Shown one piece after another: positions 28,101 through 38,648 of a stretch of DNA of 64,000 nucleotides. The notes under the pieces were generated by a model. That model was given only the letters and a program-made list of their open reading frames with translations, made no database searches and was not told the DNA's origin. A program made the position numbers and the translations under genes. The DNA comes from Balanoglossus misakiensis (taxonomy: Eukaryota > Animalia > Hemichordata), in NCBI GenBank assembly GCA_040954595.2, contig CM082586.2, positions 805,630 through 869,629 on the forward strand, given 5' to 3'. Each line of letters starts with the position of its first letter. Position 1 is the first letter of the stretch.

Positions 28101-30452
28101 ATTTTTTCGACTTTGCGAATTTTCGAAATTTGGTGATTTTTTGATAAAAACCATAGGTTATAGCTCATGAAAATCATCCAGAAATGACAATTTTTCGACT
28201 TTGCGAATTTTCGAAATTTGGTGTTTTTTTGATAAAAACCATGGGTTATAGCTCATGAAAAACACCCAGAATTGACAATTTCTCGACTTTGCGAATTTTC
28301 GAAATTTGGTGTTTTTTTGATAAAAACCATGGGTTATAGCTCATGAAAAACGCCCAGAATTGACAATTTCTCGACTTTGCGAATTTTCGAAATTTGGTGA
28401 TTTTTTGATAAAAACCATGGGTTATAGCCCATGAAAATCAACAAGAAATGACAATTTTTCGACTTTGCGAATTTTCGAAATTTGGTGATTTTTTGATAAA
28501 AACCATGGGTTATAGCTCATGAAAATCATCCAGAAATGACAATTTTTCGACTTTGCGAATTTTCGAAATTTGGTGATTTTTTGATAAAAACCATGGGTTA
28601 TAGCTCATGAAAATCATCCAGAAATGACAATTTTTCGACTTTGCGAATTTTCGAAATTTGGTGATTTTTTGATAAAAACCATGGGTTATAGCTCATGAAA
28701 ATCATCCAGAAATGATAATTTTTTCGACTTTGCGAATTTTCGAAATTTGGTGATTTTTTGATAAAAACCATGGGTTATAGCTCATGAAAATCATCCAGAA
28801 ATGACAATTTTTCGACTTTGCGAATTTTCGAAATTTGGTGTTTTTTTGATAAAAACCATGGGTTATAGCTCATGAAAAACACCCAGAATTGACAATTTCT
28901 CGGCTTTGCGAATTTTCGAAATTTGGTGATTTTTTGAAAAAACCATGGACTATAGCTCAGGAAAATCGTGAAAAATCGACGATTTTTCGACTTTTTGATA
29001 AAAACCAAGGGTTATAGCTCATGAAAATCATCCAGAAATGACAATTTTTCGACTTTGCGAATTTTCGAAATTTTGTGATTTTTTGATAAAAACCATGGGT
29101 TATAGCTCATGAAAATCATCCAGAAATGACAGTTTTTCGACTTTGCGAATTTTCGAAATTTGGTGATTTTTTGATAAAAACCATGGGTTATAGCTCATGA
29201 AAATCATCCAGAAATGACAGTTTTTCGACTTTGCGAATTTTCGAAATTTGGTGATTTTTTGATAAAAACCATGGGTTATAGCTCATGAAAATCATCCAGA
29301 AATGACAATTTTTCGACTATGCGAATTTTCGAAATTTGGTGATTTTTTGATAAAAACCATGGGTTATAGCTCATGAAAATCATCCAGAAATGACAATTTT
29401 TCGACTTTGCGAATTTTCGAAATTTGGTGATTTTTTGATAAAAACCATGGGTTATAGCTCATGAAAATCATCCAGAAATGACAATTTTTCGACTTTGCGA
29501 ATTTTCGAAATTTGGTGATTTTTTGATAAAAACCATGGGTTATAGCTCATGAAAATCATCCAGAAATGACAATTTTTCGACTTTGCGAATTTTCGAAATC
29601 TGGTGATTTTTTGATAAAAACCATGGGTTATAGCCCATGAAAATCATCCAGAAATGACAATTTTTCGACTTTGCGAATTTTCGAAATTTCGTAATTTTTT
29701 GATAAAAACCATGGGTTATAGCCCATGAAAATCATCAAGAAATGACAATTTTTCGACTTTGCGAATTTTCGAAATTTGGTGATTTTTTGATAAAAACCAT
29801 GGGTTATAGCTCATGAAAATCGTCCAGAAATGACAATTTTTCGACTTTGCGAATTTTCGAAATTTGGTGATTTTTTGATAAAAACCATGGGTTATAGCTC
29901 ATGAAAATCATCCAGAAATGACAATTTTTCGACTTTGCGAATTTTCGAAATTTTGTGATTTTTTGATAAAAACCATGGGTTATAGCTCATGAAAATCATC
30001 CAGAAATGACAATTTTTCGACTTTGCGAATTTTCGAAATTTGGTGATTTTTTGATAAAAACCATGGGTTATAGCTCATGAAAAACACCCAGAATTGACAA
30101 TTTCTCGACTTTGCGAATTTTCGAAATTTGGTGATTTTTTGATAAAAACCATGGGTTATAGCCCATGAAAATCATCCAGAAATGACAATTTTTCGACTTT
30201 GCGAATTTTCAAAATTTGGTGATTTTTTGATAAAAACCATGGGTTATAGCTCATGAAAATCATCCAGAAATGACAATTTTTCGACTTTGCGAATTTTCGA
30301 AATTTGGTGATTTTTTGATAAAAACCATGGGTTATAGCTCATGAAAATCATCCAGAAATGACAATTTTTCGACTTTGCGAATTTTCGAAATTTGGTGATT
30401 TTTTGATAAAAACCATGGGTTATAGCCCATGAAAATCATCCAGAAATGACAA
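25132..30452 (-). repeat. Satellite block C: diverged 88-bp subfamily, same orientation as B (about 60 copies)
   Basis: Plus-strand unit ATGAAAATCATCCAGAAATGACAATTTTTCGACTTTGCGAATTTTCGAAATTTGGTGATTTTTTGATAAAAACCATGGGTTATAGCTC (88 nt; CCATGG spacing 25336 to 25424). More heterogeneous than B, with the recurring variant AAAAACACCCAGAATTGACAATTTCTC. Confidence 0.96.
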
Positions 30453-31709
30453 CTTTCGCCAAATCGAAAAATTCTCAGTTTTTGAAGATTTTCATGAGCT
30501 ATAACCCATGAAAACTTTCAAAAATCGTGATATTTCCAACTTTCGCCAAATCGAAAAATTCTCAGTTATTGAAGATTTTCATGAGCTATAACCCATGAAA
30601 ACTTTCAAAAATCGTGACATTTCCAACTTTCGCCAAATCGAAAAATTCTCAGTTTTTGAAGATTTTCATGAGCTATAACCCATGAAAACTTTCAAAAATC
30701 GTGAAATTTCCAACTTTCGCCAAATCGAAAAATTCTCAGTTTTTGAAGATTTTCATGAGCTATAACCCATGAAAACTTTCAAAAATCGTGAAATTTCCAA
30801 CTTTCGCCAAATCGAAAATTCTCAGTTTTTGAAGATTTTCATGAGCTATAACCCATGAAAACTTTCAAAAATCGTGAAATTTCCAACTTTCGCCAAATCG
30901 AAAAATTCTCAGTTTTTGAAGATTTTCATGAGCTATAACCCATGAAAACTTTCAAAAATCGTGAAATTTCCAACTTTCGCCAAATCGAAAAATTCTCAGT
31001 TTTTGAAGATTTTCATGAGCTATAACCCATGAAAACTTTCAAAAATCGTGAAATTTCCAACTTTCGCCAAATCGAAAAATTCTCAGTTTTTGAAGATTTT
31101 CATGAGCTATAACCCATGAAAACTTTCAAAAATCGTGAAATTTCCAACTTTCGCCAAATCGAAAAATTCTCAGTTTTTGAAGATTTTCATGAGCTATAAC
31201 CCATGAAAACTTTCAAAAATCGTGAAATTGCCAACTTTCGCCAAATCGAAAAATTCTCAGTTTTTGAAGATTTTCATGAGCTATAACCCATGAAAACTTT
31301 CAAAAATCGTGAAATTTCCAACTTTCGCCAAATCGAAAAATTCTCAGTTTTTGAAGATTTTCATGAGCTATAACCCATGAAAACTTTCAAAAATCGTGAA
31401 ATTTCCAACTTTCGCCAAATCGAAAAATTCTCAGTTTTTGAAGATTTTCATGAGCTATAACCCATGAAAACTTTCAAAAATCGTGAAATTTCCAACTTTC
31501 GCCAAATCGAAAAATTCTCAGTTTTTGAAGATTTTCATGAGCTATAACCCATGAAAACTTTCAAAAATCGTGAAATTTCCAACTTTCGCCAAATCGAAAA
31601 ATTCTCAGTTTTTGAAGATTTTCATGAGCTATAACCCATGAAAACTTTCAAAAATCGTGAAATTTCCAACTTTCGCCAAATCGAAAAATTCTCAGTTTTA
31701 TGAAGATTT
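30450..31709 (+). repeat. Satellite block D: most diverged 87-bp subfamily, forward orientation (about 14.5 copies)
   Basis: Unit AACTTTCGCCAAATCGAAAAATTCTCAGTTTTTGAAGATTTTCATGAGCTATAACCCATGAAAACTTTCAAAAATCGTGAAATTTCC (87 nt). It aligns ungapped to A with about 23 mismatches by hand count and retains the GAGCTATAACCCATG core. Confidence 0.95.
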
Positions 31710-31762
31710 CTGTCTATCTTCTATCTGTCTGTCTGTTATCCCCCCCCCCCCTTTTTTTTCAG

Positions 31763-32316
31763 TTTGTGTGTGACACCCGCAGTGGAATAGACGACGGGGA
31801 AACTGCAGCTCTTGAATCAGATAGCATAGAGTGTCATTTTCCACAGGTAGGAAAGCCCCGTTTTCTGTTAATACATGAGTTTATGGTGTTCTTTATTTTT
31901 TACACGTCCGTGTAAAATTCAACTTCCCCAAATGAAAATCTTGCAACGATTATCCAACTCCCAAATAATCCACACTTATAATATAATTTTGTTTGTCACT
32001 AGTGTTTTATTACGTGAACGTCAAACTTTACACAAAACTTGATGACGTCATAACAGAAATTCGTGACGTTGCGCGCCGAACCTATCTATTGATAAAACGA
32101 TAACTGCCTTCTTTACAGTACTACATCTTCTGTGGCGTGATGACCATGCTGACATGCGCAGTATTCATCAGGCTTCATCACATGATCAAACTGCTTCTAC
32201 TTGTTGCTATGGGGACATCTTCTTCTGTGCTTATTCAGCAATCATACAGAAATTTATTCGAAAGACAAGACGATTATAACCGTTACCACGAAGGGTAAGA
32301 CATTACATTATACATC

Positions 32317-32393
<77 letters not shown>

Positions 32394-34636
32394 AACGGAG
32401 AGAGAAACTGAGACATACAGGGAGAGAGACAGTCAGACACAGAAAGATAGAAATCCCCCAATCGTTACAATTTTAAAAATATTTTTGTTTCCATTTCAGG
32501 GAGAAAAATGCTGGAATAAAAGAGACATTTGTAATTCTCATCGCAATTTTTGTCGTCGCTCTTTATTATCATGGTAGAACCCTTGACTCAACGGCCAAGT
32601 TGGATTTTCTGTGGAAACTCCAGGTACACAGTAGCATTTAGAAACAGCGAGACGAATTGCCACTGTGTCCGAAACGCTGAATATGTCACACAGCAACTGT
32701 GAAACGTATTTTTGGATAAAGAGGTTTTCAACAAAATTTGTTTTTGCTGATTGACCGTGACATTCAAAGATACTTTTAAACATGTAATCTTTTTCGTAAA
32801 TCACAAATAGTTACATGTGGAATTCGTGAATAAATTAGAAGCAGATTGAATGACCGTACATATCAGAATAACGATTACATTCGAAAGTTTAACGTAAGTT
32901 TGATCAATGAAAACTCTTCTCTCATATAACAGGCAAAACAAGAATTAGACGACATGGGTGACTTGCGGGAACATAATAAACATCTACTTAGAAATATTTT
33001 GCCGAAACACGTGGCGAAGCACTTTTTGGAGAAAGACAGGCAAAATGATGTGAGTTTTGCATATAATTGCTTTTAATTTAACTTCGCTTTCTATGCGAAA
33101 TCCATGCCGAAAGCTCACGGGTTCAGGTATTATATCCACTACTTTGTCCCCACACAATACCAGAGGGAATTGCTCGTTCTCACACATAAAAAATATAAAC
33201 CTTGATTTTTGTGTGAAGGTATAGCAGTGATTGGCTAACTCTCCAATTCCTAACGTACAACATCTGTATTTATCATAGGAACTGTATTCAGAGTCACATG
33301 ACAGGGTCGGTGTTATGTTTGCGTCGATTCCGAATTTTTCCCACTTCTACTCTCAGTCGGATTTTGAAAATCAAGGCGTGGAATGTCTTCGACTGCTCAA
33401 CGAAATCATCGCAGATTTTGATGAGGTGAGACAGGTTGTCGTGCAAGTATGCAAATGATGACCGGACATTTTCCTCATTGTATTTTTAGTACCGATTTAC
33501 ATCGTTCTGCATTACAAATGTAAACATTTTCATGTCGTGTGAAATCTATTTTATTGCAGCTTCTTGGTGAAGAACGTTTTCGATGTATTGAGAAAATAAA
33601 AAGCATTGGCAGTACTTACATGGCAGCATCGGGTCTGTCACCGGATAGAAACCAGGTAAGATTTTGCTGCAAAGGAAACGTTGATTTCTAAAACTTACCT
33701 GACTTTGCTTTCACTTCATTTCATTCTGTCAGCGCCCTCTCTGTCAAGAGTTCCCAAAAGTGGCATAGGCTAAGCTCAATCAGCGCATAATTCCTGATTC
33801 GAGACAATAAAACTGTTCAGACAAGCATTTTAATTTATTTAAATTTATTTTAAATTTTACTTCTTTTTAGTCACATGATGAATGGGACCACCTGGTGGCT
33901 TTGTCAGACTTTGCGCTTGCGCTGACCGACACGTTGGAAGAATGTAATAAACATTCATTCAATTCGTTCAAATTAAGAATAGGTAAGTAACCAATAAAAT
34001 GTTATTGTTTACCAGTGAGTACAGTCGTCGTCGTCGCCGTCATCATCATCATTGAAATGTGATACTAGACATAACTAGTATTTATCAAATACGTCTTGAA
34101 GCATATTGTATACTGTTATAAAAAAGATGTTGTGACACCAACTGATAGACTAAACTTTTACTTCTGACATAGGTATTCACCAGGGCCCAGTCATAGCGGG
34201 CGTTATCGGCGCCAAGAAACCACAGTATGATATCTGGGGTAATACTGTCAACGTTGCGAGTAGGATGGATTCTACAGGCAGTATGGGTTGTATTCAGGTT
34301 GCCGAAGAAACCTATCAGATCTTATCGAGACGAGGATTCACTTTCACATACCGCGGTTTGGTGTACGTAAAGGGGTTGAAAAACAAAGTAAAGACGTACT
34401 ATTTGGCAGGAAGGAGTCAACCAATGAGAAGCCAGAGCATGATACGAAGAATGAGCGGACAACACACGCTTGCCGCCATTGTTTATGGACTTGTAAGAAA
34501 CAAACAAGTTCAACGTCATAAGGAGAACGATGTGAAAGACTTGGAGAATCTTGACTCGAATTCAAAGAAATCATCTTACAGTCTTCGTGACGTCTCGCGA
34601 GATGATTCGTTCATACGAGAAGTCGAAAATGCGTGA
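31763..34636 (+). CDS. ADCY8: Transmembrane adenylyl cyclase, type 8-like; 3' part only (end of M2, C2a catalytic domain, C2b tail)
   Basis: Eight phase-compatible exons joined by GT-AG introns: 31763-31846, 32119-32294, 32500-32623, 32933-33049, 33279-33425, 33560-33655, 33871-33982, 34173-34636 (TGA). Translation includes [69 protein letters not shown] and [27 protein letters not shown]. The tail [13 protein letters not shown] resembles vertebrate AC8 as recalled. The 5' exons are not in the window. Confidence 0.93.
32321..32382 (+). repeat. (AG)31 microsatellite in an ADCY8-like intron
   Basis: Perfect AG run followed by a degenerate AGAC/AGAG tail to about 32450. Confidence 0.97.
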
Positions 34637-35325
34637 CAATCGTTTTGGCATTGACAAGCAAATTGCTGTTGTAGTTCGGTCACTTGTAATGTATTTGTAT
34701 TTATAATTTCATTCATAGAGGAGCTTGAATTTATTTATTTCCATTAAGATGGTGGTCTTTTGAGCTTGTTACTCACCATTTCCCTCTTCAGCAATGTAAC
34801 AGCTTACATGTATTAAGTAGTCGTATGAATGTAGTAAACAACTGGCCATGTTAATGTGATTATAGTTGACCTGTACTTTTTTGGGTACGATGACAATTAT
34901 ACTAAAAAACGACAGGATTAAGCTACTTTCTTGTTTCGTGAAGTGGTACAATCTCGTGAAATGCAAGATGATGTGTTCTCAGTGTTCAGTATTCTTGTTG
35001 GAAAAAGACGTTATGTCATTTTTGGGGGAGTGTGGGATCGACAGTGTGGTATCCTATCTATTCGACACATCGCAAACTTTTAAGTGATATATTACATGAA
35101 CGAACGTTGATTGGAAAATATACGTGAGCCATCAAAATATTTAGGCAACAAAGCACCCCAATAAGATGAAGATATTTGAAAAGCGGCGTTGGAAATTAGA
35201 GAGCGAAACGAGGTCACGGAGAAGGTACACATTTTATCGATTGCAATGTTACCGCCGAAGGCGCTGTATATACATCAAAACGCAGGCAAGGATAACAAAC
35301 GCAGAAGAAAGCGTGTGCTTTTTGA

Positions 35326-35331
35326 AATAAA
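35326..35331 (+). terminator. Candidate polyadenylation signal of the ADCY8-like gene
   Basis: AATAAA about 690 nt after the stop, followed by T-rich sequence. Not verified by transcript data. Confidence 0.4.
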
Positions 35332-36283
35332 ATCTGTTTTTTTCTCATAATATAAACGTTGTAGGATTGACATTATTGAACCATTTATTCAGTTGTGGTC
35401 CATGTATTATAGACAACATATGTCCCAATGTTTATTTCAAAAGGATTATAAAGAGATGTTTGTCACACACTGTGAATACACACACATGATCACGTGAGTA
35501 ATTGCAAGGTTTTCTGGAATGAGCTTTGCGCAGGCGTTCAACACTTAAGATGGACAAAATAAATTATAAATGATTGCACAGTTCTGTTTCCCGAACGCCA
35601 TTTTCAGTTTTTCACAAACTATATCCGATTTGAGTCCAATCTAACAGACGAGATATGTAGTGTTTGGTCATTGACCTCAACATTTCTCCATCCAAGCTGA
35701 GAGCTCTTACTGATTCTGCGCATTATATCCGTTTCTCCATCAACGTTGTCGTCTCGTACTACTGTGCGCATATGACATCACAAAGCAATCACACAAGGAA
35801 CTGATCAGCCATATTTCAGCCTCCGAGGTGAGTAGCCTTTTTTTCAGTGACATATTGATTTGTAGGTATAGATATTTGATAACGCGACTGACTTGTAACC
35901 CTTGATTATGCGTGTACTTTCATTCGCCCGTATATTGCTGTTACACCATACGAAACAGCAGCAAACATAAAACGCCGTTCTTTGATTTGTCGCACAGGCA
36001 GCTGTTTTCAGTAGAGGTCTTTCAGACATGACCTAAGACGTTTATTAGCATCTTGGTACATATATGTTGGTGCTGGCCACATACAATACATGTCAAATCT
36101 ACACATCTATTCCAGGGCGATCAGGCCGCTAATGTTGTTAGTCGAGATGTTATAACCCCAAACGCACACTAATACTAAGCTGATAATAATGTGACCCAGA
36201 ACATTCTTATAGACAGCATAGTGCAGCTGTTTTGCCCTTCGTTAGTTTAAAACAACCCACTCAGTTTCCGAAGTTGCCTGGAA

Positions 36284-36329
36284 TGACGTCAGTACTACCC
36301 GGTAGTGATCGGTTGGTTGCTATGGCGAC
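36284..36329. promoter_or_regulatory. Palindromic CRE plus adjacent RFX X-box-like motif
   Basis: TGACGTCA at 36284-36291 and GTTGCTATGGCGAC at 36316-36329. Motif match only. Confidence 0.3.
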
Positions 36330-38648
36330 AGATCTGGCCTTCGAGTGATATCAAGCATTGCGTCTTTATTTTACATGATACTGAGATGGGGTCAAATTGT
36401 TCTTAGAGGTTTCCAGTCTAAGATAACTGTAGGTATTCAGACATTTTTATCGTATCGAAAATAAAATTTAAGACTCGGCAATCAACTACTGAACAAAGAC
36501 ACATGATATAGTCAGAGACGAATCGGAACACAATATATTTGAAAGCTACTGTCAGGAGTTTAAATTTACAACTTCTAAAGCTACCGTCCGTTTAGACTTC
36601 CAACGAATGGATGTTTCTGTATGTCATTTCAGGCTTTTCTAAACATACCCGTCTTTCCATATTTCGTAGGCTTTGATCAATTAATTCAATTCAATTCTAT
36701 TCTATTACAATATTTGTTAAACTTCACTTATTGTAGTTTCAGACAAAGCTTGACTTCTACCTACTTGGCTAGCAACCCGTTGCTACGGTAATTATCCATG
36801 TCTCACGAGATCTCGCGCAATGTCATTTATTCACTGACAACGATACCTTACTATATGAAAATAGATTTCCAATCTAAAAATTTCAAATTCAAAAATTAAC
36901 GGCAGTCACCGGTCATGTTTGAATTTGCTGGCGATGACGATTTGCATGGAATTTGCGTCATGTGGATGGCATGCGCATGCGTAACAACATAGTCTATGAA
37001 TAGCAGTCAATGTGGCCCATATGCTGGGATATGTTCAAACGGTGGTATCGCCTAGCCAGATTATATTTCATAAATGTTCTACTACATTGTGAAACTATGC
37101 ACCGACCTGAAACAAATCCTTGCTTTGTTATTGCTTTAATGGCCACCTCTTTTATGGCGTTTTAGTTTTTTCTTTTAATTATCATCCGTCATTCATAATT
37201 GCACAACTTACACCAAATTACAAGACCTATAAAATAAGTGAAATACCGAACATTCCGCTGCGATACATTAACTATGATTATAGAGGGGTTCTTATTGAAA
37301 ATTAGTAATCCACTGTGTCTCTGTCGACCAATTGTAAAACCAGCATTTGAAACATTTCAGTTGTTTGGAGCACAAAGTAAACAGAGTGTACTGTGAGTTG
37401 TGAGGATCTTACAAAATCATAGAATGCGGTAGCAAAATGACCAGGCATATAGGTTCCTCAGTCGCATCTTAATCCCCTCACAATAATGGTATAGCCCAAA
37501 TGAACTGCAGGGACGACTTTCAATCTATTGCAGTAATATATGTATTTTCATTGCGGCCTGATAATTACTGTCGATCGAATACAATTTTTAAGACACCCTT
37601 TCATGAATTTTAATTACTTTTTCTTGACATATTAGGATCGGTATTATCTGTCACAATGAATCATGTCTTTAGTAAATACCCTGTGGAATTTCATTATTCA
37701 ACCTCCCGACCTATTTATTGCCTAATATTAATTCCAATTTAATTCGACTTCTGGCGAAGGGCATTGTCTACGAATACATGTAATATGGTGCACTTTGTGC
37801 TTGACTGAAACAACGCGCCTCATCTTTGTATGATCTCGTACCAGCAACACAAGGCTAAAATGCATGACCTTTGACACTCGCATCGCCTTCCTACAGACAT
37901 GTCACGCGGAAAGCCGAAATGATAGGCCAAACTGTCTCCGAATTTTCCCCACGTGCATAGAACAGCACATTCCGAAGGGACGCACTTATCAGGATATATT
38001 AGTAGGTTGTGCTGACGTGTTCTCAAGTCGAAGAAATATGATCTCACCCTTTATTACGAACCATTTGCGTCAATGTTCACCTGTTAAAATAATACTATCG
38101 CATTTGTTACTAGTCTTATTGTTCACATTATACCTGTGACCTTGAAAACCCAATTAACAATGGCATTGTAAATATTTCAATTTTCCGGTGGATAATGTAC
38201 ATGGAAACAATTCAAGTTCATTCACGATTAATTGCCAGATGATTAGCCCGTGTGTCCATTAAATATAAAATTCATCAGAGAAGTATTCTTGATTGATTGA
38301 GTTAAATTGAAAAACGAGGTCATGTACAAGCCCAACCGTATATATCACATCACATGATGCACATGTGACCAAAAGACAACATTATTAAAGTTAGACTTCA
38401 AAATACCAAATATTGCCCGGAAAATATAATACTGAAACTTTCACCTTGACTTTAAGGCATCAGACCCTGCAAACCAAATTGTAAAGTAAAACACACAAAT
38501 GTTAGCTCACCCAAATTGTAACAACCATTTAAATATTTGTTGTATATGAACTTTGACTTCATGGTAAAATATGTGTTCTAAATGTAGTTATAAAATCGAC
38601 CTGTGAAAAATTTCTCACACTAGCTGTTAGTCCTTTTAACAGTCTAGA

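Noticed and set aside
1-31709. CRISPR-like array or telomeric repeat
   Set aside because: There are no unique spacers (whole monomers repeat), no cas genes, and the context is eukaryotic. No short G-rich telomere motif.
31700-31915. 71-aa ORF starting at the satellite edge with a hydrophobic N-terminus
   Set aside because: It is the 84-bp cyclase exon plus read-through into flanking intron. The hydrophobic part is the translated pyrimidine tract.
32043-32050. CRE palindrome in a cyclase intron (others at 40412 and 48790) suggesting cAMP feedback
   Set aside because: An isolated 8-mer far from any promoter, and one copy is inside a CDS. Not distinguishable from chance or repeat-derived sequence without chromatin data.
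32201-32577. ORFs with poly-(ER) tracts
   Set aside because: Translations of the intronic (AG)n microsatellite, out of frame with the real cyclase exons.
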